Positions 53,257 through 62,548 are shown, counted from the first letter of the stretch. The stretch is DNA of 64,000 nucleotides from a virus (IMGVR_UViG_3300049136_000131:5323-69322); one strand, 5' to 3'. Translations and numbers: made by a program. The notes: a model not told the origin generated them from the letters alone.

Positions 53257-54918
53257 ATGTCCCGCTTCAACACGCGCGGCACCCGTCCCGCCGTCCACTC
53301 GCCCGTGAAGTCGACCGGGGAGACGACCCGCACCCACGAAGGCGGCACCGGACACCTCCGCGACGCGAAGAGTGAACTCTTCCTTCTCGCCCTCAGCAAC
53401 ATGGTCGGCGCCGACACCTTCTACGAGAAGGGCGGCGACCGCGACGACCGCTACACCCAACTCGTGCGCCAGCTCGCCGTCTTCGACCCGGCCTGGACAG
53501 TCGGCTTCCTCGGCTGGCTCCGCGGCGAGGGCAACATGCGCACCGCATCCCTCGTCGGCGCAGCCGAGTTCGTCAAGGCCCGCCTCGATGCAGGCCGCGG
53601 GACCGGCGGGCTCACCGGCACCTCGGCCCTGGAGACCGAGCAGAACGGCGGCTACAACCGGCAGGCCATCCGCGCCGTCCTCCAGCGCGCCGATGAGCCG
53701 GGGGAGATGCTCGGCTACTGGACCAGCAAGTACGGCCGCCGCCTGCCCAAGCCGGTGAAGCGCGGCATCGCCGACGCCGTACAGCGCCTGTACAACGAGC
53801 GGTCGCTCCTCAAGTACGACACCGACTCCAAGGGCTACCGCTTCGGCGACGTCCTGGAACTGGTGCACGCCTCGCCGCGGGCGCCGTGGCAGGGCGACCT
53901 GTTCCGGTATGCCATCGACCGCCGTCACCGCAACGACGCCGCGATCCCAGCCCACATGCGAATCCTCACCTCGGACGTAGTCCTGCGACACCAGGCAAGG
54001 CAGAGCGCCGAAGCCCTACTCGACAGCGAAGCGCTTCACGGCGCAGGGATGACGTGGGAGACGACCCTGTCGCTGGCAGGCGACAGGGTCGACAAGGCGA
54101 AGCTGTGGGAGGCGCTCATCCCGTCCATGGGCCTGATGGCCCTCGCGAGGAACCTGCGGAACTTCGACGAGGCGGGCGTCTCCGACGAGGTGGCCGCCCG
54201 TATCTGCGCCCGCTTCACCGACCCGGAGCAGGTGCGGAAGTCGCGCATGTTCCCGTTCCGCTGGTGGGCCGCCTACAAGCACGCCCCCTCCCTGCGGTGG
54301 GCCCACGCCCTCGAGCAGGCCCTCGGCCACTCCCTTGCCAACGTGCCGCGGCTGAAGGGCCGCACGCTGATCCTGGTCGACCGGTCCCCGTCCATGTTCC
54401 CGGGCTACTACTTCTCCACCCCGAACAGCTCCGACATCACGCTCGCCGAACAGGCAGCCGTGTTCGGCTCCGCCCTTGCCCTACGCGCCGAGAGCCCGAC
54501 CCTCGTCGAGTTCGGATGGACCAGCCAGCGACTCGACGTACCCAAGGGCGGCTCGGTGCTGAAGCTCATCGAGAAGTACGGGCAGATCGACGGCACCGAC
54601 ATCCCGTCCGCCGTCAAGCAGCACTACGACCGGCACGACCGCGTCGTCATCGTCACCGACGAACAGACCCGTCCCGGCTGGCTCCCCTCCAACGGCTGGC
54701 AGCGCGGCGGCATGCGGGAGACCGCCATCGACGACCTCGTGCCGAAGACGACGCCCGTCTACATGTGGAACATGGCCGGCTACAAGCCCGGCGCCATGCC
54801 CAGCGGGACGACCGGCCGCCACACGTTCGGCGGGCTCACCGATCACGCCTTCCGGCTCGTGCCGCTCCTCGAAGCGGGACGTGACGCCAACTGGCCGTGG
54901 ATGCAGCCAGCCGCCTGA
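53257..54918 (+). CDS. rsr: Ro60/TROVE-domain RNA-binding protein with C-terminal vWA domain
   Basis: THEGGTG, GNMRTASLV, PKPVKRGIADA, MTWE, MALARNLRNF, SRMFPFR, LILVDRSPSM, VIVTDEQ. Confidence 0.92.
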   Translation: MSRFNTRGTRPAVHSPVKSTGETTRTHEGGTGHLRDAKSELFLLALSNMVGADTFYEKGGDRDDRYTQLVRQLAVFDPAWTVGFLGWLRGEGNMRTASLVGAAEFVKARLDAGRGTGGLTGTSALETEQNGGYNRQAIRAVLQRADEPGEMLGYWTSKYGRRLPKPVKRGIADAVQRLYNERSLLKYDTDSKGYRFGDVLELVHASPRAPWQGDLFRYAIDRRHRNDAAIPAHMRILTSDVVLRHQARQSAEALLDSEALHGAGMTWETTLSLAGDRVDKAKLWEALIPSMGLMALARNLRNFDEAGVSDEVAARICARFTDPEQVRKSRMFPFRWWAAYKHAPSLRWAHALEQALGHSLANVPRLKGRTLILVDRSPSMFPGYYFSTPNSSDITLAEQAAVFGSALALRAESPTLVEFGWTSQRLDVPKGGSVLKLIEKYGQIDGTDIPSAVKQHYDRHDRVVIVTDEQTRPGWLPSNGWQRGGMRETAIDDLVPKTTPVYMWNMAGYKPGAMPSGTTGRHTFGGLTDHAFRLVPLLEAGRDANWPWMQPAA

Positions 54919-54930
54919 CCCGAGCGCCAC

Positions 54931-54962
54931 AGCGCCCCGCCCTCATCCAAGGGCGGGGCGCT
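54931..54962. terminator. bidirectional terminator
   Basis: AGCGCCCCGCCCT-CATCCA-AGGGCGGGGCGCT between convergent genes. Confidence 0.75.
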
Positions 54963-54971
54963 TCGTCTTGC

Positions 54972-55592
54972 TCAGAACTCCAGCTGCTTCTTCAGCTCGG
55001 CCACGTTCGGGCCGGAGTCCACAGAGGGCATCTCCCAGCGGTGCGCCTTCTCTTCGCCGTCGACGTAGATCAGCGTCCCGCCCTTCGCTTGCGCGGGCGT
55101 CAGGTCGAACACCTGTGACCGCCACTGCCAGGCACCAGGCTGGATAGGTTCGGCGTTCTCATACTTTCCCGCGCTGATTGTCGTTGAGTTGCCGCTGTCC
55201 CAGCCGATCATCTCTCCGTCTGGGGCCATCCACTTCCACCCGCCGCCAGTGATTGGCGGTACTTCGTCTGCGGCGACCGCCGTCATGGCCTTGGCTTTCA
55301 TGACGATCACGGCGAAGACACCGTTCTCCGCGGTCTCCCCGGTCGCCGCCTTCGTGTAGACCACTGTGTCCGGGGTGATTTCCAGGACGCCTGTGCCGCC
55401 GTCTCCGGTGGTCTGCGCCGGCTGTCCGAGCTTCAGTCCCTTCTCGGGCTGCCCAGCCGTGGGCTCCTCGCTGGACGTAGCCGTGGACGGCGGCTTGTTC
55501 GTCGCCGCATCGTCGCCGCTGTCGCTACCGCCGCATGCGGTGAGCGCGGCCAGAAGTAAGGCAGCCGTCGCTGCCGTCGCGCGTGCGCGCAT
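54972..55592 (-). CDS. lipoprotein (DUF4352-like; possible superinfection exclusion)
   Basis: Signal peptide with lipobox LTAC, Ser/Thr linker, Ig-like domain. Confidence 0.75.
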   Translation of the reverse strand: MRARATAATAALLLAALTACGGSDSGDDAATNKPPSTATSSEEPTAGQPEKGLKLGQPAQTTGDGGTGVLEITPDTVVYTKAATGETAENGVFAVIVMKAKAMTAVAADEVPPITGGGWKWMAPDGEMIGWDSGNSTTISAGKYENAEPIQPGAWQWRSQVFDLTPAQAKGGTLIYVDGEEKAHRWEMPSVDSGPNVAELKKQLEF

Positions 55593-55733
55593 CGAACCCC
55601 CAAGGTTGAACGTCGGAACACCGTAGAACACGGGTGGACGGTCAGTGAGGGAGCGTCACCAGGCTGTGACACGAAGTCCCGCCGTCTCGCCACAACGGCG
55701 GAGGAGCGGGGCGGAATGCTATGCCCGGAAGCG

Positions 55734-56456
55734 TTACTCGGAGGCGCGCTGCTGGGCTCTACGGAGCAACCGAAGCAGTAGATCGGCCAACTGGACCACC
55801 TCGGCTGCCTCGACCGGATCGTCGAAGTGCACCGTCCGGTGGCTAGCGGGATTCTTGAAGGCGCCGATGGCTCCCGCGAACAGCTCCATGAGCGCGACGA
55901 CTTCACCTCCGTGCGCTCCCTTGTCGGCGAGAGGCCCACCCGGCTTCAAAGCTTGCCGCATGAGGTCCACGCCGATAACCGATGAGTCCAGGCCGGCGGC
56001 GGCTCGAACCTCGACCTCGACCGCCTTCATGGCGGCGAAGCAGGCCGTCTCGTAGTCGCCCAGATTGAAGATGGGGCGCACCTTCTCCTCAAGCGTCGGA
56101 TCGAGCACTCCTGCGAGGCGGTCTGCGGCCCAGAGCTTCGCTTGACCCTTTGAATCCGTCGCTATCTCAAGGCCGTCGGTGGTCACGCGTTGCCAGGAGG
56201 AGGTCGTGTTCTTGGGATGCGGCCCGATAAGCCCCCGCGACTCCAGCCACGCCCAGGCGTCCGCCAGGCGGGCGAGGAGGCGGTCTTTGTCCCGCTCGCC
56301 GCTGTGGTCGAAGGCTTGTTCTGCGCTGCGGAGCATGTTGTTGGCGTTCACCGTGCGCCCTTCCCCGAATGATCGGAGCAGAGCCATGGCGAGCTCAGGC
56401 GTCGGAAGCTGACGGATCTGTTCGACCGGCACCGGACCGGAGTAGCTCATCGTCAT
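55734..56456 (-). CDS. TIGR02391/Ymh-like family protein
   Basis: AWAWLESRGLI N-domain; YETACFAAMKAVEVEVR, GVDLMRQAL, LFAGAIGAFKNPASH. Confidence 0.8.
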   Translation of the reverse strand: MTMSYSGPVPVEQIRQLPTPELAMALLRSFGEGRTVNANNMLRSAEQAFDHSGERDKDRLLARLADAWAWLESRGLIGPHPKNTTSSWQRVTTDGLEIATDSKGQAKLWAADRLAGVLDPTLEEKVRPIFNLGDYETACFAAMKAVEVEVRAAAGLDSSVIGVDLMRQALKPGGPLADKGAHGGEVVALMELFAGAIGAFKNPASHRTVHFDDPVEAAEVVQLADLLLRLLRRAQQRASE

Positions 56457-56510
56457 CCGGTGAAGCTAGCAGCCGTGCAGCCTCTGCGGGTGGCCCATCG
56501 ACCTCAGTGA

Positions 56511-56537
56511 TAGCGCATAACGTTCCCTTATGCGCTA
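56511..56537. promoter_or_regulatory. inverted repeat with 7-bp spacer (recombinase site or operator)
   Basis: TAGCGCATAA-CGTTCCC-TTATGCGCTA, AT-rich, upstream of the recombinase operon. Confidence 0.55.
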
Positions 56538-56558
56538 CCAAATTGGTACTCTGATGGC

Positions 56559-57092
56559 ATGTCAAAGTCCTCTCTTGCCGGGGATCGAGCCTTCGTCCGA
56601 GAGCTCGATGGTGCCCGGCTTCGACTCCAGACCGCACGCCGAGAACGCCGCCGCGCCGACGAGGCGGTGGCCGCAGAGACTCGACGCATCCAATACCTGG
56701 AAGCGCGGTCGCTCGCGGACCCGGGACACGACTTCGGCGACCTCACTATCCTCCTCCGCGAGATCGATCCCGCAGAGCTGGAGAGGTTCAGTCCAACGTG
56801 CATCTACTGCCGGGCACCCATGTCCTCAGAGGCGGCGATCGATCCTTGCCGAGGCGATTCGCATCGCTGTTACGCGGCCGTAGAGGAAGGAGCAACGCCT
56901 ACGGCATTTCAGCAGTACGGCCGCGACGGCTGGCTGTGCGGACAGTCGGGCTCATTCGACCCCACAGGCACGTCCTGGGAATGCGCCTCGGGACACCGCA
57001 CCGACCGCCCGTGCGAGCGACGCCCAGGCTGGGGCGATAGTGACTGCCTGAATGAATGCCCGTGCCGCGACCTCGGGAGGAAGACGCGGTGA
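56559..57092 (+). CDS. Cys-rich hypothetical protein
   Basis: Coiled-coil N-terminus, many Cys; GTGA overlap with the recombinase. Confidence 0.55.
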   Translation: MSKSSLAGDRAFVRELDGARLRLQTARRERRRADEAVAAETRRIQYLEARSLADPGHDFGDLTILLREIDPAELERFSPTCIYCRAPMSSEAAIDPCRGDSHRCYAAVEEGATPTAFQQYGRDGWLCGQSGSFDPTGTSWECASGHRTDRPCERRPGWGDSDCLNECPCRDLGRKTR

Positions 57093-58225
57093 CGCTCCCA
57101 GCCCAGCAGGCTGGGCAGTCGATCGCGCTGCCCGGCTCGGACCTATTCGAGGAAGTCCGCCGCAAGCTCATCGACGACCTCGGTCAAGTCCAAGTCGACC
57201 GGCGCGGACAAGAGCGCACCTACCGGCCCCGCGCCGAACTCCTCGCCGAAGCCGTCACCCCCGACACGTTCGTCATGGTCATGGACTGGCTGTCGTCCAC
57301 CCGGCGCGGCAGCCTCCAGACGAAGCGCAACTACGTCGACGACATCCGCCGCGTCTGGGGCAGCTACGCGCAGGAGTTGGGGCACGAGCAGTTCGCCCTC
57401 GGCTGCTTCACCGCCGACCACATCCGCGCATGGCGCCTCCGGATGGAAGGCCGCGGCGTCCCGCCCACCACGATCAGCCGCTACCTCAACGCGCTCTCCT
57501 CGCTCCACACCTACGCCGCCGAGAAGATCAATCTCCCCAAGAACCCCGTCACCCAAGACGACCGCCCCAAAGTCGACAAAGGCAACACCTCCCGAAGCAC
57601 CCCCGTCCTCGAAGTCGACGAAGTCCAAGCCGTAGTGAAAGCAGCGGAGGCCGAGTTCGACGCGCTCATCGTCCTACTCCTCTACACTCTCGCCGGCCGA
57701 GTCACCGAGATGGTCGCCGCAGACGTCACCGACCGCATCGAACGCGGACGCCGCTCCTACCTCGACGTCACCCGCAAGGAACACAAGGAGCGCATCCTCC
57801 CGCTCCCCGTCACCGTCGCCGAACTCCTCGACGCCCACACCGCGGGCCGCACCGAAGGTCCGCTCCTCCTCGACGCCGACGGAGGCCGGCTCGACCGGCA
57901 CGACGTCGCACGGCTCCTCACCCGTCTTGGCCGCAAGGCGCGCGTCCTCACCTGCCCGGCCGCTGGCAAGCCCGGCCATTCCTTCGCTCGCTGCAAGGTC
58001 TGCCGCAAGCTCACCCCCCACGTCCTGCGCGCGTCCCGGATCACTCACATGCTCGACGACCACGTCGACCTCGCCGAAGTCCAAGCCTTCGCCGACCACG
58101 ACAACCCCGCCACGACCGTCGGCTACTGGAAACGCCGCAACAAGGGCCAGCGCAACGCCGCCCACGTCGACGCAGCCGAAGCCCTCTTCGGAGAGATCAC
58201 CGACCGCTTCCGTCGCGACGCCTGA
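57089..58225 (+). CDS. tyrosine recombinase (XerC/D-like)
   Basis: SAM-like N-domain; catalytic R (AGRVTE), K (TRKEHK), HxxR (PHVLR), H/Y (ADHDNPATTVGY). Confidence 0.9.
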   Translation: MTLPAQQAGQSIALPGSDLFEEVRRKLIDDLGQVQVDRRGQERTYRPRAELLAEAVTPDTFVMVMDWLSSTRRGSLQTKRNYVDDIRRVWGSYAQELGHEQFALGCFTADHIRAWRLRMEGRGVPPTTISRYLNALSSLHTYAAEKINLPKNPVTQDDRPKVDKGNTSRSTPVLEVDEVQAVVKAAEAEFDALIVLLLYTLAGRVTEMVAADVTDRIERGRRSYLDVTRKEHKERILPLPVTVAELLDAHTAGRTEGPLLLDADGGRLDRHDVARLLTRLGRKARVLTCPAAGKPGHSFARCKVCRKLTPHVLRASRITHMLDDHVDLAEVQAFADHDNPATTVGYWKRRNKGQRNAAHVDAAEALFGEITDRFRRDA

Positions 58226-58242
58226 CCAGGCAGGAGATGCAG

Positions 58243-58884
58243 ATGACAGTTCACGAGGACATGGCCGAGGCCCTCTGGGAAGACATCCAGGAAAGCCCGG
58301 AAGCGGTCGCCGCCATGTTCAGGCTGCGCAACCGGCACATCCGTGGCGAGATGGATGAAGGCGGCATGTATGGGACGGGTTACGCCGACGCGCTCGGCAG
58401 CTCCGCAAGGTTCCCGCCCAAGAAGTGGCCCTTGGCTCAACACGCCGCCTTCATCAACATCCACGCCCTCATCGGAGCAGGCGACGTCGCCTTCACCTGC
58501 ATCAGTACAGGCGGCACGCCGGGCGCGGACGCCGACCGGGTCGGGAACGCCCGAAAGCTGGAGGACACAGCGGACCCGTTCCAGGCGGAACTCGACATGT
58601 ACCAGAACGGAGCCGACTCCGACGGTGTCATCCGGTGGGGCAGGCCGCTGAAGATCAGCCGCTCCACTGGAGCTCACTTCTACCCTTCAGCTTGCAGAAA
58701 GCAGGAGTACTCGCTCCTTACATACCCGACTGTGCTCGAGGTTGGCTCGGCACCCCTTGAGGTGGGCGACTCCTGGCCCTCACGCACGCTGATGCATCTC
58801 CACCAGTACGGCGCCGTTGCACGGTGGCCCTACGGATCGAAACTCATCTGGCTCTTCATCAACTTTGCGAAGTTCTCGTGGTGA
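58243..58884 (+). CDS. hypothetical protein
   Basis: AGGAG RBS after the recombinase stop. Confidence 0.6.
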   Translation: MTVHEDMAEALWEDIQESPEAVAAMFRLRNRHIRGEMDEGGMYGTGYADALGSSARFPPKKWPLAQHAAFINIHALIGAGDVAFTCISTGGTPGADADRVGNARKLEDTADPFQAELDMYQNGADSDGVIRWGRPLKISRSTGAHFYPSACRKQEYSLLTYPTVLEVGSAPLEVGDSWPSRTLMHLHQYGAVARWPYGSKLIWLFINFAKFSW

Positions 58885-58939
58885 GGGCTCGCGAAGTCGC
58901 CGACAAGTGGACCGGCGCCGCATCGGAGGACATCGGCCT

Positions 58940-59269
58940 ATGACCTTGGAGATCCGAGAGACCGACGACCCAGATCACCTCAAGCTGTACGACGGTGAGG
59001 ACTGGATCGGCGAGATCAAGAACATCCCCCTTGATGAGGAAGGTGTCGCGCTCGGCGAGCTGCCCAACTGGGACGTCACAGTCTGGAGCGTGATGGGTAC
59101 GGGCAAGACGTGGTCGGCAGACGGCGAATCGCTCGACGAGGCCAAGCAGTACGCACAGGAACTGTACGAGGAGTTCGCGGCCGAGCGGCGCGAGCTGAGC
59201 AAGGGCTCCCGCATCTGGACGACGGGCAGCGTCCCGATGGGCGGAAAGCCCGGGTGGCGCCGCCGCTAG
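58940..59269 (+). CDS. acidic hypothetical protein
   Basis: GGAGG RBS. Confidence 0.6.
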   Translation: MTLEIRETDDPDHLKLYDGEDWIGEIKNIPLDEEGVALGELPNWDVTVWSVMGTGKTWSADGESLDEAKQYAQELYEEFAAERRELSKGSRIWTTGSVPMGGKPGWRRR

Positions 59270-59349
59270 ACCCCGCTCGTGCCACACTGTCCGCAGGCTC
59301 CGCCGGGCTCCCCCGTCTCGGCGGGGCTTCTGCTGGGGTGGAGGGTTGC

Positions 59350-59718
59350 ATGGCTGACGAGTTGCGGGAGCTGTTGAAGGCTCGGCGGGGGGAACTGGGC
59401 TTGTCGTACCAGTCGCTTGCCGCAGCCTGCGCAGACGCCGGGTCGGGCGCCTCGGTATCGACAGGCTGGCTGCACCGATTGGAGACCGGGGCTCCGGTCG
59501 TTGCGCCGAGCGCTGAAGTTCTGACGGCCTTGGCGGCCGGCCTGCGGCTGGAAACGGTGCGGCTACGGGAGGCCGCTGCCGCACAGTTCTTCGATCTCCG
59601 CTTGCCGTGGACAGCGTCGGGGGAAGCGGCTGAGCTGCTGGAGCAGGTCGCGGTCTTGCCGGAGAACCAGCGGCGAGCACTGCTCGATCTGATTCAGGGG
59701 ATGGCGAAGAACCGGTGA
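59350..59718 (+). CDS. XRE-family transcriptional regulator
   Basis: RRGELGLSYQSLA..STGWLHRLETG HTH. Confidence 0.8.
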   Translation: MADELRELLKARRGELGLSYQSLAAACADAGSGASVSTGWLHRLETGAPVVAPSAEVLTALAAGLRLETVRLREAAAAQFFDLRLPWTASGEAAELLEQVAVLPENQRRALLDLIQGMAKNR

Positions 59719-59795
59719 CGGAACGCCTGCTCTGGCATAGCTGGCGCGCAGCCTTGCGGCCCGCTCTCCGTCGGTGAGAGAGGGCCGCGCGTGCG

Positions 59796-59981
59796 TCACG
59801 CCTTCGCTTCGGGCAGCTGCCCGGGCCTGACGGGCACTATCTCGACGCTGCTGCACCCGTTGCCTTCGAGCGTCTCCTTCTGCCTCCCGGCGGACGGCTT
59901 GTCGTAGGCGACGGCAGAGGCTTGCGGTATGCCAGCCGGGTCGGTCCAGGTGAGCCCGTAATTCTGCATAGTGATCGTCAT
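59796..59981 (-). CDS. small hypothetical protein
   Basis: MQNYGLTWTDPAG..SAVAYDKPSA..VEIVPVRPGQLPE. Confidence 0.55.
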   Translation of the reverse strand: MTITMQNYGLTWTDPAGIPQASAVAYDKPSAGRQKETLEGNGCSSVEIVPVRPGQLPEAKA

Positions 59982-60264
59982 GCGTCCATCATGGCTGGCG
60001 GCACTGACATCGCCCGGCGAACTACTTTCGGCCGGGATCTTCCCCGGTGGCTGGTTAGTGGCGCATGCTGTGCGTCCGGGCGCTTCCCCTTCCCCAGGTG
60101 GAGCCCCTGTTGGGCCCTGCTGTTTGCTGCGAGTAGCGGGGCACGCCGCTCCTCCCGGTCCTCCCCACGGGAGGGCTTGCGGCTGCCCGAAACTCATCAG
60201 CGTGTGCGGCGGCAGATGTCTGGCCGTAGCCTGGCCTTGCTCGGGGCTCACGCGGAGGTCTGCC

Positions 60265-61182
60265 ATGCCCCGAACCGTCTGGAGCGGAGCCATCTCGTTC
60301 GGCCTAGTCACGGTGCCCGTGAACGTGGTCAGCGCGACGGAGAACCACTCGATCCAGTTCCACCAGTACCACCTGGAGGACATGGGCCGGGTCCGGGTGC
60401 GGAAGTACTGCGAGGTCGAGGACCGCGAGGTCCGCTCCGACGAGATCGGCAAGGGTTACCAGCTCACCAAAGAGCAGGTCATCCCCATCACGGACGAGGA
60501 GCTCAGCAACTTGCCGCTGCCCACCGCTCGGGCGATCGAGATTGAGGCCTTCGTCCCGCTGGAGTCCGTGGACCCGATCCGCATCGCGGAGGGCTACTAC
60601 TTGCAGCCGAAGGAGTCGGTGGCAGCGAAGCCGTACAAGCTCCTCGTCCAGGCACTGTCCCGGTCGTCGAAGGTGGCCGTCGCGAAGTACGCGTGGTCGG
60701 GCCGGGAGCGCCTTGGCCTGCTGCGCGTCCGCGACGATGTGATCGTGCTGCACGCCATGCGCTGGCCCGACGAAATCCGCGACCCCGCCGTCGTCGACCC
60801 GCCCACGGTCGACGTCACTGACGACGAGATCGACAGCGCGCTGGCCCTCATGGACAGCATGACCCGTGACGACCTCGAAGGCGCCGAGTTCCGCGACACC
60901 TACACCGAGGCCCTCGCCCAGATCATCGAGGCGAAGTGCGAGGACCACGAGCTGCCGGCGGCGCCCGAGCAGGCCGAGCAGCCGGGGCCGATCGTCGATC
61001 TCATGGCCGCGCTGCAGGAGTCCGTGCAGAAGGCGCAGGCCTCCCGCGGCGAAGACGCTGACGTCCACGAGATGCCGAAGAAGAAGGCCGCCACCAAGAA
61101 GGCCGCGGCCGCGAAGAAGCAGCCGGCCAAGAAGACCGCCGCCAAGAAGACGGCGGCCCGGAAGCCACGCCGCGCGTCTTAG
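60265..61182 (+). CDS. ku: Ku protein (NHEJ end-binding)
   Basis: MPRTVWSGAISFGLVTVPV, EIGKGYQ, YYLQP, VAVAKY, HAMRWPDEIR, DLMAALQES; Lys/Ala tail. Confidence 0.95.
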   Translation: MPRTVWSGAISFGLVTVPVNVVSATENHSIQFHQYHLEDMGRVRVRKYCEVEDREVRSDEIGKGYQLTKEQVIPITDEELSNLPLPTARAIEIEAFVPLESVDPIRIAEGYYLQPKESVAAKPYKLLVQALSRSSKVAVAKYAWSGRERLGLLRVRDDVIVLHAMRWPDEIRDPAVVDPPTVDVTDDEIDSALALMDSMTRDDLEGAEFRDTYTEALAQIIEAKCEDHELPAAPEQAEQPGPIVDLMAALQESVQKAQASRGEDADVHEMPKKKAATKKAAAAKKQPAKKTAAKKTAARKPRRAS

Positions 61183-61517
61183 CCGTCGAGGAAGCCGAGC
61201 TCAGTGTCTGGCCGACAGTGCGGGCAAGGGTCGATGCCCTCGGTGAGCGCGCGCAGTGCCTGATCCCGTGGCACGCCCTTGGAGCGCTTGCCGGCCATGT
61301 GGCAGCCGCCGACGTGGACGTAGACGGGTGGCGCGTCGCGGGTGAGGCCGTGTTCGAGGAGCCAGTCGGGTGCGGGCGGTCGGGCGTCGATGCCGCGCTG
61401 CCGCTCCTGCTCGCGCCGCTCGGCGTCTGTGATCTGCTGCCGTACCCGGTCGAGGGTGTAGACGAGCCACGTCTCCAGGGTGCGGAGGCGGGGCAGGTCG
61501 GGCGGCAGGTCGGTCAC
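61179..61517 (-). CDS. DUF6233 domain protein
   Basis: DWLLEHG..VHVGGCHMAGKR..CPHCRPDTELG. Confidence 0.75.
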   Translation of the reverse strand: MTDLPPDLPRLRTLETWLVYTLDRVRQQITDAERREQERQRGIDARPPAPDWLLEHGLTRDAPPVYVHVGGCHMAGKRSKGVPRDQALRALTEGIDPCPHCRPDTELGFLDG

Positions 61518-61538
61518 CCCTCCAGCTTGCCCCAATAT

Positions 61539-61554
61539 TCGAACAAGGTTTCTA
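61539..61554. promoter_or_regulatory. imperfect actinobacterial SOS (LexA) box
   Basis: TCGAAC-AAGG-TTTCTA versus consensus TCGAAC-N4-GTTCGA, between divergent genes. Confidence 0.4.
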
Positions 61555-61562
61555 CTAGGGGT

Positions 61563-61787
61563 ATGGCCAGGCATCGCGTCGACTACCTCACCCCAGCGCA
61601 GGAGCGCATCCTCCGCTACATCCGCGAGGCCATCACCGACCACGGCGTCGCACCCACCGTCGCTGAGATCGGCCGCCAGGTCGGTCTCTCCAGCAGCTCA
61701 TCCGTCCACTACCAGTTGCGCGAGCTGGAGACGAAGGGCGCCATCGTCCGCGAGCCTTACAGATCCCGCGGCATCCGGCTCGCATGA
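61563..61787 (+). CDS. LexA-like DNA-binding domain only (no peptidase domain)
   Basis: LTPAQERILRYI..PTVAEIGRQVGLSSSSSVHYQLRELETKGAI.REPYRSR; 74 aa. Confidence 0.85.
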   Translation: MARHRVDYLTPAQERILRYIREAITDHGVAPTVAEIGRQVGLSSSSSVHYQLRELETKGAIVREPYRSRGIRLA

Positions 61788-61993
61788 TGACCGCCGTGAA
61801 CCCCGAGCGCTACCACGTCACCCTCGCCGCCGATGGCCGGCCGCTGATGCATGGCTGGTGGGGGAGCGAGGCGACCGCCCGCCGCAAGTTCATCTCGTGG
61901 GTGGGCGAGTACGGCTCCCTGCCCGGCGCCCGCGTCACTCTCGTCGACGAGGAGACAGGCAGCGTGTTGACGACGTGGCAGGGCGAGCCGTGA
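61784..61993 (+). CDS. hypothetical protein
   Basis: ATGA overlap; RYHVTLAADGRPLMHGWW. Confidence 0.65.
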   Translation: MMTAVNPERYHVTLAADGRPLMHGWWGSEATARRKFISWVGEYGSLPGARVTLVDEETGSVLTTWQGEP

Positions 61994-62259
61994 TCGTCTG
62001 CCATGCTGCGGGCATGAACGTCCGCCCGTTCCCCTCCCGCGACCGTGCGCTGCGGCAGATCTTGCGCCGCCACCGTAATGAGCTCCCGACCAGCCTGCTG
62101 CCCGCGTCCCGTGCACCAGAGTCGCCGGGCGTCTACGTCCTGTCGACTCGCCGCCCCGGCGTTGTCAGTGGCTCGTCGTAGGCTTGTCGTATCTATCAGC
62201 CAATGCTGGCGCAGTGCTGAAGCCGCCCCGTCTGGTCACGCAGACGGGGCGGACTGCTG

Positions 62260-62457
62260 TCAGAAGCCGGGCCCGTTGTTGCGGCAGCCGAAGGTCGGGC
62301 ATTCGGGCCGGATGGTGACGAGCGGGTCGGGGTGGTCGTCGAAGGCTCCGGCGGCGTTGGTGGTGAGGAGCCGCATCTTGCGGCCGCAGTGTTCGCAGTG
62401 CGGGCGGGGGAGGGCTCGAACCTCGGAGCGGCGGCAGGACTTCGGGAGTTCGGTCAT
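62260..62457 (-). CDS. small zinc-ribbon protein
   Basis: CEHC..ECPTFGC. Confidence 0.4.
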   Translation of the reverse strand: MTELPKSCRRSEVRALPRPHCEHCGRKMRLLTTNAAGAFDDHPDPLVTIRPECPTFGCRNNGPGF

Positions 62458-62548
62458 GCCGCCGACGGTGGCATAGATCCGGCGTCTTGTCTGAGGCGCT
62501 ATCCCCCGCCGCAGGTCAGGCATCACTTTACGGACGTGCATAAAGTGA

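Noticed and set aside
57089-58225. Prophage integrase marking the element boundary
   Set aside because: No att core or tRNA target is visible and mobile-type genes continue on both sides; treated as a Xer-like resolvase
61070-61180. GCCAAGAAG tandem repeats
   Set aside because: Encode the ordinary Lys/Ala-rich C-terminal tail of Ku
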